A stretch of 63,564 bases of DNA, filler included, from Octopus bimaculoides (GCF_001194135.2; 6 parts of 6 records of this genome joined end to end with filler, not necessarily neighbours in it), one strand, 5' to 3'; numbered from the whole stretch's first letter, positions 37,780 through 51,800 are shown. Numbers and translations: made by a program. The notes: a model not told the origin generated them from the sequence alone.

Positions 37780-38090
37780 AGCAATTTAAGCAAAGCTATT
37801 ATCTATCTATCTATCTATCTATATATATATATATATANNNNNNNNNNNNNNNNNNNNNNNNNNNNNNNNNNNNNNNNNNNNNNNNNNNNNNNNNNNNNNN
37901 NNNNNNNNNNNNNNNNNNNNNNNNNNNNNNNNNNNNNNNNNNNNNNNNNNNNNNNNNNNNNNNNNNNNNNNNNNNNNNNNNNNNNNNNNNNNNNNNNNNN
38001 NNNNNNNATATATATATTTCGTTTTGGGATTTGGTTTGCAAGATTATTTATGTGAGCTCATGTGTTGAACCATATTCTATTGTGTATGGG

Positions 38091-38345
38091 GAGAGTCACT
38101 CTCTTTTGGTGCCTTATAATTTAACACACTCACCGGTAAAATTTCCACTTATTTCTTTTTTACTTTTCTAAAATTTTCGTTGCATCTTGCAACCTTTTCA
38201 ATAGTCATTGACTCTGTTCGTTACTCACACTGCGTTCCTTTTTGTTTGTGCGCATGTGTGTGGATCAGTGTGTGCGTGTGTTTGTGCCTATACATGCATG
38301 CATGTATGTATGTATGCATACGTGTGTATACATGTATGTGTGTGT
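38091..38345 (+). repeat. Dispersed repeat, left arm of an inverted pair
   Basis: About 85% similar by eye to the reverse complement of 40315-40574. Confidence 0.85.
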
Positions 38346-38474
38346 GTGCATAAGTATCTCTCTATGTGTATACATTTGTATGTATGTATTCTGCATATTC
38401 ATGTGTTTGTATGTCCATGTTTGTGTGTTTTTATGTATATGCATGTGTGTGTGGCGCTTTTTTCACTGCTGAAG

Positions 38475-39890
38475 TGATGGTGGGTGGTCTTCCCCTCTGT
38501 GACCTGGTGGGGTAGAATCTACTGAGGTCATGGTCATCTGGAGTGGCTGGACCTCACCCGCCTAAAACCTTGAGAACAACAATCAAGTGAAAGAAATTAT
38601 TGTACATGCAATAGGGGCCAGTGTAAAAACTATTTTGAAGAACCACATAGTAAAATTTAAAAAAGAATATATACATGCAGGTTCAAGGTGCAGCCATCGG
38701 TGTCGGTATAGATGGAGATGTGGCCGGCCTCTTCATGACCTGGTGGGACAGAAAACTTAAGCAAATGTTAGCAGAACAGTCCACAACTCTTCTACTCTAC
38801 AGTAGATATGTAGATGACAATATCATAGTTAGGATCAACTCTAGTAATGGTAGTATAGAAACTGAGAGGAACGTAATGGAGAGCATCCACCAAGTAGCTA
38901 ACTCCATCCACCAAAGTATCAAGGTAACTATAGATTACCCCACTAAGCACCCCAACAATAGACTCCCTGTACTTGATACTGAACTTTGGTTAGAGACTGA
39001 ACAATAGAGTGCAGCTCCTCCACTCCTATTATTACATGAAACCTATAGCTTCAAAATATGTTGTTCACAAGAACTCAGCTTTGTCACACAACATGAAGAT
39101 TAACATACTGATAGCAGACTTAGGATAATGAACAACGTGTCTCCTCTATGCGAACCCTATGAAATGAACTTCATGCACCGTATGCAGTTCTCTGGATATG
39201 ATCAGAAAGATAGGGTTCGAGTATACAGGGGTGCTAGTAAGAAATTAGATAACATTATACGTAATGATACCAGTGGTACCTGCTCTAGATATAGAAACAA
39301 AGACTGGAATAGGATACAAAGAACTTGTGACAAAGCAAACAGGGCGAACATGTGGTATAAAACCGACAAATATGAAGGAGTGATGTTTGTAGAGGCCACA
39401 GCCCATGGAGAACTAACCCATAGATTTAAGAAAGTTCTGAAGGAGACCAAACTCAACATTAAGATTGTTGAAAAGCCAGGGAACTCCGTCAGATCACAAC
39501 TATGTAGGACGTACCCCTTTGAGAATACCATATGCACTAATGATAACTGCATGACATGTAGGATTAGCCCTGGCATTAACCGTAGAACACGAAATGTAAT
39601 TTACAGCATAAGATGCATAGAAGGTGATTGCAAAGACATGAACATGACATACATAGGGGAGACATCTAGGAGCATTGCGGAACGACTAAATGTACATTTG
39701 AGAAAATATGACGACAAAAAACAGTCCTCCGCACTCTACCAACATGCAAAGGACCAACATGGAGGTGTCCTGGGTCAACTTGACATCCGCATCTTATCCA
39801 AGCACCCAAAGGACCCAACACTCAGACAAATACTGGAGTATGTCCTCATAAATCAAACTTCTATACTAAATAGGAAATATACATAATAGA
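38475..39890 (+). mobile_element. Penelope-like element, Neptune/Nematis-type RT C-terminus + Cys linker + GIY-YIG
   Basis: QGAAIG...TWWD, YSRYVDD, RLPVLD, CTNDNCMTC, NVIYSIRC...TYIGETSRSIAERLNVH, ILEYVLI. Confidence 0.88.
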
Positions 39891-40314
39891 TATCATACCT
39901 CCCTACCTACACTTTACACAGGTAGAGTAGAATAGTTAGGGGGCTGTTATGTAGATGGATGGATGTATGTGTCTGTGTGTGTGGGTGTGGGTGTATGTAT
40001 ATACATATATATATATGTAGATAAATGTATGTATGTGTGTGTGGGTGGGTGTATGAATATATATATATGTATATGCACATGTATGTAAGAATATGGATAC
40101 AAAAGGAAACAGATCACCTCACAGACGGATAGTTATATGAACAAACAAGTACACATACGCAAATGAAGACTGAAACACATGGCCGTATATACACATATAC
40201 TTCACTTCACACAAGGACACATATGGAGACACACGTCCACACATATGGAGATGCATATCCATACATACAAATACGGTACATAGTTGCAAAACACACACAC
40301 ACACACACATACTC

Positions 40315-40574
40315 AGACATGCACACACACATACATGCATACACACACATGCATACATACATACATCCATGCATGTATAGGCACACACACACACACACAC
40401 TGATCTACACACATGCGCACAAACAAACAAAAAGGAACGCAATGTGAGAACGGGCAACGACTATTGAAAAGGTTGCAACACGCATCGAAAATTCTAGAAA
40501 AATAAGAAAGAAATAAGTGGAAATTTTAGCGGTGAGTGTGTTAAATCATAAGGCACCATAAGAGAATGACTCTC
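40315..40574 (-). repeat. Dispersed repeat, right arm of the inverted pair
   Basis: See 38091-38345. Confidence 0.85.
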
Positions 40575-40600
40575 ACCAAAACAACAGTATGTATATATAT

Positions 40601-40762
40601 ACGACGTGTTTCTTTCAGTTTTCGTCTACCAAATCCACTCGCAAGGCTTTGGTCGACACGAGGCTATAATGGAAGGCAGTTGCCAAGGTATCACGCAGTG
40701 GGACTGAACTCGGAACAGTGTAGTTGGGAAGCATGCTACTTATCACACAGCCACTCCTGCGC

Positions 40763-40764
<2 letters not shown>
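40601..40764 (-). mobile_element. SINE 5' portion
   Basis: Reverse complement aggcgcaggagtggctgtgtg...gagttcagtcccactgcgtg. Confidence 0.8.
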
Positions 40765-40803
<39 letters not shown>

Positions 40804-40967
40804 AACACACACGCATGTATATATATATATATATATATATNNNNNNNNNNNNNNNNNNNNNNNNNNNNNNNNNNNNNNNNNNNNTTAATTAATTAANNNN
40901 NNNNNNNNNNNNNNNNNNNNNNNNNNNNNNNNNNNNNNNNTATGTATGTATGTATGTATGTGTGTGT

Positions 40968-41321
40968 GAAGGTGCATGGCTCAGTGGTTAGGGTGTCGAG
41001 CTTACGATCGTGAGGTTGTGAGTTCGAATTCCGGACCCGGATGCGTGTTGTGTTCTTGAGCAAGACACTTTATTTCACGTTGCTCCAGTTGCTTTATTTC
41101 ACGTTGCTCCACGTCGCTTCACGTTGCTGTAGAAACGAGTTGCGACGTCACAGTTGCCAAACTGTATCGGCCCTTGCCTTTCCCTTGGATAGCGTGGAGA
41201 GGGGAGGCCGATATGCATGGCCGATTGTTGGTCTTCCATAAAAAACCTCGCCCGGATTTGTGCCAGGGAAGGTAACTTTCTAGGAGCAATCCCATGGTCA
41301 GTCATGACCGAAGAGGGTCTC
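40968..41321 (+). mobile_element. tRNA-derived SINE with Pol III A and B boxes
   Basis: A box TGGCTCAGTGG (40977-40987), B box GTTCGAATTCC (41022-41032). Confidence 0.85.
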
Positions 41322-41598
41322 AAAATATGCATGTATGTATACATAAATACATTTATATACACACATTTATGAAACGGTTTGTTTTAGAATGGTGGCAGCT
41401 GATGAAGGAAATGTTCTCTATGTGGCCTGTGTGTTTTCGGTGCTCTGTTTATGTTCTGTTTCTCATTTTGCCCACGTTTTCTTGTGACGTCCTGTACCCA
41501 GATATGCATCTATATATACATGTAGATGTAGGTATGTACATACATGTACGTGTATATGCATATACTCACATATTATTTGTATTATTACATATATATAT

Positions 41599-41639
<41 letters not shown>

Positions 41640-43303
41640 NNNNNNNNNNNNNNNNNNNNNNNNNNNNNNNNNNNNNNNNNNNNNNNNNNNNNNNNNNNNN
41701 NNNNNNNNNNNNNNNNNNNNNNNNNNNNNNNNNNNNNNNNNNNNNNNNNNNNNNNNNNNNNNNNNNNNNNNNNNNNNNNNNNNNNNNNNNNNNNNNNNNN
41801 NNNNNNNNNNNNNNNNNNNNNNNNNNNNNNNNNNNNNNNNNNNNNNNNNNNNNNNNNNNNNNNNNNNNNNNNNNNNNNNNNNNNNNNNNNNNNNNNNNNN
41901 NNNNNNNNNNNNNNNNNNNNNNNNNNNNNNNNNNNNNNNNNNNNNNNNNNNNNNNNNNNNNNNNNNNNNNNNNNNNNNNNNNNNNNNNNNNNNNNNNNNN
42001 NNNNNNNNNNNNNNNNNNNNNNNNNNNNNNNNNNNNNNNNNNNNNNNNNNNNNNNNNNNNNNNNNNNNNNNNNNNNNNNNNNNNNNNNNNNNNNNNNNNN
42101 NNNNNNNNNNNNNNNNNNNNNNNNNNNNNNNNNNNNNNNNNNNNNNNNNNNNNNNNNNNNNNNNNNNNNNNNNNNNNNNNNNNNNNNNNNNNNNNNNNNN
42201 NNNNNNNNNNNNNNNNNNNNNNNNNNNNNNNNNNNNNNNNNNNNNNNNNNNNNNNNNNNNNNNNNNNNNNNNNNNNNNNNNNNNNNNNNNNNNNNNNNNN
42301 NNNNNNNNNNNNNNNNNNNNNNNNNNNNNNNNNNNNNNNNNNNNNNNNNNNNNNNNNNNNNNNNNNNNNNNNNNNNNNNNNNNNNNNNNNNNNNNNNNNN
42401 NNNNNNNNNNNNNNNNNNNNNNNNNNNNNNNNNNNNNNNNNNNNNNNNNNNNNNNNNNNNNNNNNNNNNNNNNNNNNNNNNNNNNNNNNNNNNNNNNNNN
42501 NNNNNNNNNNNNNNNNNNNNNNNNNNNNNNNNNNNNNNNNNNNNNNNNNNNNNNNNNNNNNNNNNNNNNNNNATATATATATATATATACATAACAAACT
42601 TCCTGCCGCTTAATGTGAATGAACATATACTAAGATAGATAGTAGATCCTCAGTCATTTATCATTTATCATTAGTGAATATATGAATAAATCGACGCAGA
42701 TATTCCAACGTCATGATGGTTAAATATCTGAGAGCTGCTTCTATGGCAACATCTTTTATTAATCTATTTTGGGAAGAAAAAAAAATAAAGAGAATTGAGA
42801 TGATGGCCTCTCTCCACTTATTTTTTTCAATGATGCCAATGTTACCAGTAGCAACTATGCTACAATGACTACTACGGGACCCTCTATGTGGTCACTTGAC
42901 CGGTTAGAAATAGCAACTAAATCGCCCAAATTACACCCTATCGTCCTAAGCTAGGAAAGGCACATCATGTGAGTCTTGATAGAGTACCGGTTCTGGGAGG
43001 GTACATTGAAATCGAAGACTAGATTTTTCTGCCCTTTTGCAGAGCCTCGTGCAGCACCATGGGTAAAGCAAACTTAGGAGACTGATGCTATTATTCCTGT
43101 CTACATTTCTCTTTCTTTCTCTTTCCACTTTTATGGAGCAAAAAGCATCAAGTGACTCTTTCTGTCTCAAGTATAACAGCCTTAACTCCAGTCATACTGC
43201 TTTAATTTATGTACCCACCAACGACGAGGTTTAGTTCCGCTAAGGCCCTGTCCTGTTCGGGGTTTATAAGGATTTTAAAGTCTATATTGACCCCTTCCCG
43301 GCC

Positions 43304-43745
43304 GCGAAATCTTTTTCCCACGAGAGTTCCGGACCCCAGTAATGAACTCATTTGCATGTAGTCAATCAGAGCTCAACTTGACCTTGTCAAGTTAACAAAC
43401 ACACTCTACCAAATAAACTCAAGACCGGTGTTGCAAGTCGATTTTAGAAGGAGACAAGTAATCAGATAAGTTTATATCTATACCTATTATCGGATTTTGT
43501 TAGGGCCCCGTATGGTAAAGATGTGGATGGGAAAAATGTGGGTAGAGGGTGATATGCTAGCAACCCTCTCCTCTTACTGTTTTAGAAAGTAAACAACAAC
43601 ACAAATAACTACGCAGAGGCAATAGTTATCTTATCGCCTATCACTTATGCGCTCATAAATTAGTTTGATAGTTGAGCTCTGATTGGCTGTATGCAAATGA
43701 GTTCATAACTGGGGTCCAGAACTCTCGTGAGAAAAAAACTTTCGC
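43304..43745. mobile_element. MITE with ~75-bp TIRs and 9-bp TSD (Mutator-like)
   Basis: TIRs 43304-43378 and 43670-43745. TSD TTCCCGGCC at 43295-43303 and 43746-43754. Confidence 0.88.
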
Positions 43746-44296
43746 TTCCCGGCCATATATCATCTTTTGTGATTTCTGCCTTCACAATTTATACTTTAAA
43801 GCCAGGGATCAATGTCACAGCCAGTGCCCTTAACTGTTATCCTAGCTGTCATCCTTTGGTTACGTTGGCCTAGATTTTCAGGCATGAGCATACGAAATGC
43901 ACCATTTTTGCTTACTTTCAGTCTCGAAAACCAATTCTTCTATCGTCGGTGGAAATCACATCCTTCTCTACATTGGCCAGTACCTCTTTCACAGAACGCA
44001 ATTGAAAAACTCCTCCATCGTTTCAGAAGCACACATAGGATACTTTCCTCTTCTCCTGCTCCTGGATAAGAGTTTCGAGTAAGGAAGCACTAGATTTAAT
44101 TACATATTTGTGCTCATCATTCCTTTCCCAGTGAGTGGAGCCATATTCAAATTTCTAGTTTCTGACAGTAGAAGAAGAAGAAAAGAATTTTTATTGTTAT
44201 TTTCTTCATTACAATTTTGGCTAACACTGAGAGTTTCATTGTGCGAGATGTATTTGCAACAGAATATTACATTTCTTTCCCTGCATTTCTTAAAGT

Positions 44297-44640
<344 letters not shown>

Positions 44641-44879
44641 TACTGGCGTATGCATTGTTAAGCAACCGAATTATAATCTTTTTTCTTCCTTTTTTTTTTT
44701 TTTTTCTTAACGGGAAATACCAGTAATTGAGCCTACTACTCCATGAACACAGTTCATGCAAAAAATGCGTTCAGCTATGCGTGTAATCCGATACAGTTCT
44801 TGAAATTATACTAGTGATACAAAACACGTTTTTGCCGAAGCAAGAAATAGCAACAAGAACAAGGACTACAACGACGACG

Positions 44880-44923
<44 letters not shown>

Positions 44924-44946
44924 AATAATAATGATGATTATAATAT

Positions 44947-45178
44947 GAGAAATACCAGGATGTCGCCAGAGAGTCGGGGAGACTATAGAAGACTAAGACA
45001 ACAATTATTCCTGTAGTAATAAGTGCTCTTGGCACAACACCCAAAATGCTACCTAAAAGACTGAAAGACATTGGAATCGAAAATCGCAAGAATCCTAAGA
45101 AAATTCTTGAGATTTGAGGAAACTTGTCACCAAACCTCTAGATAAAATAGCAGCTAACTAAATTAGCATGCACAAGCG
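44947..45178 (+). mobile_element. 5'-truncated R4/Dong-like (RLE) non-LTR element in (TAA)n
   Basis: EKYQDVARE...IIPVVISALGTTPK.L...L..IG, then ...RKILEI*. Flanked by AAT repeats. Confidence 0.7.
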
Positions 45179-45216
45179 TAATAATAATAATAATGATAAT
45201 AACAATAATAATAATG

Positions 45217-45301
<85 letters not shown>

Positions 45302-45912
45302 TCGTGCTAACTGGAACGACTCATGTACTGAGAAGAGCATTATCGCTGTGAAAACAACATCCATTCATGATTTTTTTTTTCTTCTTAAATACACGTTTTA
45401 CCTGTGAATTTGCGTGTGTAAACTGGGAATGCATACAACGAGTTTCTCTGCCCTAGGTGTACGGAAAACACTCGGCGAGAAATGGAAGAAAATTTGAAGA
45501 AAGAAGAAAAAAAAAACATAATAATAATAATAATAACAGTAACAACAATAGTTTCATATTTTAGCACTATGATAGAAATTTAGGGGAAGGGGATTATATT
45601 GACCCCAGTGCTCAATGGTTATTTATTTTGTCGACCCCGAGAAGATGAAAGGCAAGATCGATCATTACCATCACAGCATCTATAATACCATCACCGTTGT
45701 TTGTTACAACCATTAATCAACTCCGTCCCTCTCAGGCATATCGCACATAAATATCACCAACAACACTACTTCCAGCATCATAAATAACACTACTACCACC
45801 ACTATCGCCGCCATCGCTTGACATTACCACCAACACTAACCTCACTACTGCTACCAATATAATCACCACCAGTATTGTTGCAGCCATCATTTTGACCACC
45901 GAGGTTCTGTGT

Positions 45913-46369
45913 CACTCCGTTCTCAACCGTTTTTTGCCTATGGACCCCGCTTTAATCCCTATTTTACTCTCCTAGACCCTCGTAGCCATTCGATGCTTTA
46001 AAAAATCGTATTGTATTTTTACAATCAAATATGATTAGAAATTGTATAAAATAAACGTTAAAATATTTTGTACAGTTCTATATTTAAGAGATGAGAAATT
46101 CTGTTCATTATTTACATTATTTACAATTGTCGGATATTTGTCCTCATCTTGTTCGTTGTTAACACAACGTTTCGGCTGATATAACCCCCAGCCCTCTTCA
46201 GGTGTATTGGGGAAATTTCGAACCTGGGTTCTCATCCGTCGAATGTAAATAATGTAAATAATGTACAAAATATTTGTTTTTTTGAAGTATAACCAATTTA
46301 TGAAACATAAATTCTTAATGACAAAATTTTATATAGACCCCCCCCCCCCCGGGGCATATGGAACCACTG
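45913..46369. mobile_element. Degenerate hAT-type MITE interrupted by the HHR cassette
   Basis: gttctcaaccgtttttt...tatggacccc left end and catatggaaccactg right end. Confidence 0.5.
46161..46207 (-). ncRNA. Minimal type I hammerhead ribozyme motif
   Basis: Minus strand ACAC-CTGAAGA-G-GGCTG-(10 nt)-CAGCC-GAAA-CG-TT-GTGT. 5-bp stem II, 4-bp stem I, GUU triplet. Confidence 0.8.
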
Positions 46370-46911
46370 TTCTATGTAATTGCTCGACCTGTTAGAAACA
46401 GCAACCAAATTTCCCTTTAAAAGAAGGAAACGATTGAATAATGTAATTTAAGATAAATAGTGGGGGATTTTTTCTTAATTGAATGACCACGACCGGAGTA
46501 CCTATGATCATAGCTCTGCTTGGTTGAGGCTAGAAATAACATCACCACTACTAAGAACACCAGCGGCACCATTAATACCAGTATTAGTACCACTATGACT
46601 AGCACCACAACCAATACCTATTCCCAAAACAAAACACCACCACTACCAACACCGCCATCACCAAACCCCTAAACAAGCACCACCACCACCACCACCAACG
46701 TCATGAAATTGCTAAAGTTTTCACTTGTCTTTTCTATCCCTATATATAAAAACCTTAACATGTCTTGACATTGACAAAATGCTGCGGTAAACAGTTTTAT
46801 GAACACATGGCCTTGGGCGGTAACTCGTATTTGTGGGTGGTAACCAGGCCAGTTACCCGGATTTTCAATTTCAAAAGGAAACTCTCAAAGACTCTATGTG
46901 CGTGTGTGTAT

Positions 46912-46995
<84 letters not shown>

Positions 46996-47057
46996 CACAC
47001 ATATTTATATATGTATAACTTTGTATATGTACATGTATGTGTGCGNNNNNNNNNNTA

Positions 47058-47107
<50 letters not shown>

Positions 47108-47329
47108 CATGCTTGCATGTATGTACGCATGTATATATGTATGTATGTATGTATGTATACAAACAACTTTATATTGTAACACAAAAAGCAGTGAGTTAGT
47201 TCTTGAATAGAGGGTTATTATGTCGGGAAAGTGATGATTAAAGAGTATTTCCTGAGACTGAAAAGAATGCCTCTCTTTAGGATGTAGTTTTAAATATGCT
47301 ATGTATATGAGATTAACAGCAGGGATCCT

Positions 47330-48720
47330 TACAGTTTGAGACCTAGCAGTTGTGACGACTTTGCGGTTTTGTGTTGTGCACGCCCCCTTTTTTTAATACT
47401 CTCCGAGTCTGGAAGCAGAAATAGAGCTCATAACCTTTGCAGGTCCCCCGAGACTGGTGAGCCTGAATCCTTTAATGCTCCGTTTAAACTGTTGCAGAAA
47501 AGACTTGGGAAGAGGGAAGATTCCAGAGAGCCGGTGTTCCACAGAAAAGGAATGGTCATAGTGGTTAGTTCGGAGCCGTGAGATTGAACTCAATACAGGC
47601 GACGAGGGAAGATTCCAGAGAGCCGGTGTTCCACGGAAAAGGAATGGTCATAGTGGTTAGTTCGGAGCCGTGAGATTGAACACTCAATACAGGTGACGTG
47701 ATGTGGTGAGACGTGGGTCAGGAGCACCTGAATGAGGGAATTATGTGACCAACCATTTCAGAGGGTCTGAAACCATTATATGAGCGATAGAAAAGATAGA
47801 GAAAAGAGACAGCATACCAGTAGGTTAGAGGCTGCAGAGCGTCTGTTGGTGAGTTAATGCCAATCAGCTGAATGGCCCTTCTCTAGATGTGATCCAGGAT
47901 GTCTGTGCATAGCAACAGCTTTGTCTCAGATGTAGAAGCAGCAGTCCTTTGTGAGTCTCATTAGAATCTTGAAGAGTGTCAGCAGCTGCTGGGATCTGAA
48001 ATATTTTCTGGTTCTGAAGAGGTGGATAGTGTCTGAGTCACGATCTTAATTAGGTGAAGAGATAGAAGTCTTTTTTTTTTTCTCATATCCGCGGTGATTG
48101 TCTTTGTGCTGTTGAAAGAAACAGAATTAACCTTTTTAGAGAACGCTGTCAAGATCTCTGTTAACAGAGGCAGTAAGACGCAGTACAAGATTGACATGAG
48201 ATTTGTAGGTAGCATGTAGATGAGGTCTGTGCGTGGAAAGCTAAAGAGTGAAGTGTGGTGCCATTTGTATAAGAGTACTTTTTTATAAGTGATACCAAGT
48301 AGTTTATTAAACAACATGACGAAAAACATAGGCGGCATATGCAATCCCTGCTGCAAACCGGATTGATGGTGGAGAGAGACCTCTGCTGGTGCATTGCTAC
48401 AATGATGTAAGCTAACACGAAACTTGAAATCAAACAGATAAGATACCTATGAAGCTTATAGGCGGGCATCTCAAGTCAGACATGATCGAAACTGGAGGCT
48501 TTGCTAGAGTGAAACTGTATCACTTCCATTGAATTCACATGAACGAAAGTCAATTGACGAGTGACAGAGCAGTGGCAGTTTCCTAGTAGATCTACCCCGG
48601 AAGGATAGTCACCGAGATGAGAAAGGATGAGAGAGAAATTGAAAAAGAGGTAATATTTTGGAGATGGATACGATGATGGCAAAGTGTTTCCATCATATAT
48701 GAGTTGTCTCCGTTGTTTAA
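47330..48720 (-). mobile_element. Decayed CR1/L2-group LINE (RT to 3' end) with internal 92-bp tandem duplication (47512-47603, 47604-47697)
   Basis: SKASSFDHV (LSKAFD-like) and ...FLQQFKRSI C-terminal pattern. The duplication is directly visible. Confidence 0.6.
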
Positions 48721-48935
48721 ACGCAGGTCATCCCCAATGGAGAAAACCTATGGTCAAATGCATTCTAGCCACAATCATTGCGTAATTTTAGAAGTAGATC
48801 TGATTACATGATCCAGTTATCCTTTCACTTCTTCAGATAACAGAGTTGAATTTGAGAGAGGTTTAGCTATTATTTCTAGCAGGTTGAACAATTACGTAGG
48901 AATAGAACCAACAAACAGGCATACAAACAGACAGA

Positions 48936-48940
48936 CATAC

Positions 48941-49025
<85 letters not shown>
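48936..49025. repeat. (GATA)n microsatellite
   Basis: Directly visible. Confidence 0.97.
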
Positions 49026-49026
<1 letters not shown>

Positions 49027-49371
49027 GGGAAGAGCAAGAAAATACCAGGTATTTACATTAAACATAGTAAACCACTCTATCTTACTCAGTTTTTTTTTTA
49101 ACGAGTGTTACCGAAATTGTCAACGCAGTCCAGAATGTTGAAGAGATAGAAGGAATGTTGTCCCACATACACAACTTCTATCTCAGCGTGTTTCGTGTGA
49201 AGTCAGGGAACATAGACCGGTGCTGTGCTAAAGTTTTGATGTGTTATTAATGTGTTTGGTATATGTATATTTGTTCTACCCCAGTGAAACACTGGGGGTA
49301 GATATGACAAACTAGTCCCCCTTCCCCCAAATTTGAGGGTTTTTGGATTACTCCGAAAACTGTTGTTAAGA

Positions 49372-49752
49372 GCAGGCATGTCTGTGTGGCTAAAAAATTC
49401 ACCTTGCAACGACGGGGTTTTAGGTTCAGTCCCACTGCGTGACACTTTGGGCAAATGCCTTCTACTATAATCCCGGGCTAAACAATGTCTTATGAGTGAA
49501 GTTTGTAGATGGAAATTGTCTAGAAGCCCATCGTATATATCCATGTGTGTGTTTTTGCGTTCATGTTTATTCCCTACCACCGCTTATTGATTTGTTTACG
49601 TTCCCATAACTTATCGGTTCAGCAAAAGTATCTGATAGGACAAATACCAGTCTAAAAATAAGTATTGTGGCCCATCTGCTCGACTAACTTTTTCCAGACG
49701 ATACCCCGGCATGGCTGCAGTCCAATGACCGAAACAAGTGAAAGATAGAAGA
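49372..49752 (+). mobile_element. Full-length SINE
   Basis: Same family as 31618-32013. Further minus-strand SINE pieces at 49270-49340 and 49880-50130. Confidence 0.78.
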
Positions 49753-50612
49753 TTCACGAACGCTAATGCCTAAAGTCGACTAACGATGTTTCCGCTATGA
49801 TGTGACAAATGGTAACGAGTTTATGGTTCCCCACCAATCTATCGTCTTAATGATTAATACTTCATTGTTAAACTCATTCTATTATAATCTTTTACTTGTT
49901 TGAGTCATTGAACTGCAGTCATGCTGGAGCACCGCCTTGAAGGGGTTAGTCAAACAAATCGACCCCAGTACTTATTTTTATGTCTAGCTTTGTCTCCTTT
50001 TCAGCACCTCAAAGTTACAGGGACGTAAAAAACCAACACCGGTTATCACGCGGTGTTTGGGGATAAACACAAACAAACACACGCATGATCGACAGATTTC
50101 CACACAGTTACCGTCAACTAAATTCACTCACAAAGTTCTCTGGCACTGGCACTCCGTCGCTTTCGACGTCGAGGATTCCAGTTGATCCGATCAACGGAAC
50201 AGCCTGCTCGTGAAATTAACGTGCGAGTGGCTGAGCACTAGATTTGAACATAGAACGTAAAAAAACCGTAACGAAACACCATAAAGCATTTTGCCCGACG
50301 CCATAAACGATTATACCAGAAGAAACACTGCATGTGGTTTATAATGTGTGTTTATCATTGCATGTCGAAATGATATCAAGTAAAGAAAGTAGATGATAAA
50401 AGTGGATGATTGTTTTTCAAGTGGTTTCTGTAGCTAAGATTTCACAGTGAAAACAGGGAGTCGTCGTAACACTGGGTTTGTTCTTCCCGCTGTTGTTCAT
50501 CGCTGTTGCTGCAATTGTACTTAATGTGGTTGCTTTTGCTGATGCCGCCATGGCCCGCATTACTGCTGTTCTTAATGCCGCTGATAACGTTATGTGTGCG
50601 CGTGTGTCTGTC

Positions 50613-50663
<51 letters not shown>

Positions 50664-51800
50664 ATACTTATACACACACACATACACACACACACACGCA
50701 CGCGCACACACATACACAATGCTGCTAGTTTTCTTTCAGAACAGTAAGATAAACAGTGAACGATCTAGAATTCTAAAGAATGTAGTTGTAAACAAAACTT
50801 ATCTGTTGTNNNNNNNNNNNNNNNNNNNNNNNNNNNNNNNNNNNNNNNNNNNNNNNNNNNNNNNNNNNNNNNNNNNNNNNNNNNNNNNNNNNNNNNNNNN
50901 NNNNNNNNNNNNNNNNNNNNNNNNNNNNNNNNNNNNNNNNNNNNNNNNNNNNNNNNNNNNNNNNNNNNNNNNNNNNNNNNNNNNNNNNNNNNNNNNNNNN
51001 NNNNNNNNNNNNNNNNNNNNNNNNNNNNNNNNNNNNNNNNNNNNNNNNNNNNNNNNNNNNNNNNNNNNNNNNNNNNNNNNNNNNNNNNNNNNNNNNNNNN
51101 NNNNNNNNNNNNNNNNNNNNNNNNNNNNNNNNNNNNNNNNNNNNNNNNNNNNNNNNNNNNNNNNNNNNNNNNNNNNNNNNNNNNNNNNNNNNNNNNNNNN
51201 NNNNNNNNNNNNNNNNNNNNNNNNNNNNNNNNNNNNNNNNNNNNNNNNNNNNNNNNNNNNNNNNNNNNNNNNNNNNNNNNNNNNNNNNNNNNNNNNNNNN
51301 NNNNNNNNNNNNNNNNNNNNNNNNNNNNNNNNNNNNNNNNNNNNNNNNNNNNNNNNNNNNNNNNNNNNNNNNNNNNNNNNNNNNNNNNNNNNNNNNNNNN
51401 NNNNNNNNNNNNNNNNNNNNNNNNNNNNNNNNNNNNNNNNNNNNNNNNNNNNNNNNNNNNNNNNNNNNNNNNNNNNNNNNNNNNNNNNNNNNNNNNNNNN
51501 NNNNNNNNNNNNNNNNNNNNNNNNNNNNNNNNNNNNNNNNNNNNNNNNNNNNNNNNNNNNNNNNNNNNNNNNNNNNNNNNNNNNNNNNNNNNNNNNNNNN
51601 NNNNNNNNNNNNNNNNNNNNNNNNNNNNNNNNNNNNNNNNNNNNNNNNNNNNNNNNNNNNNNNNNNNNNNNNNNNNNNNNNNNNNNNNNNNNNNNNNNNN
51701 NNNNNNNNNNNNNNNNNNNNNNNNNNNNNNNNNNNNNNNNNNNNNNNNNNNNNNNNNNNNNNNNNNNNNNNNNNNNNNNNNNNNNNNNNNNNNNNNNNNN

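Noticed and set aside
40968-41045. tRNA-like A/B boxes
   Set aside because: SINE head continuing into a shared SINE body, not a tRNA gene.
41294-42638. Very long ORFs here and at 50506-51940
   Set aside because: Almost entirely N-gap translation.
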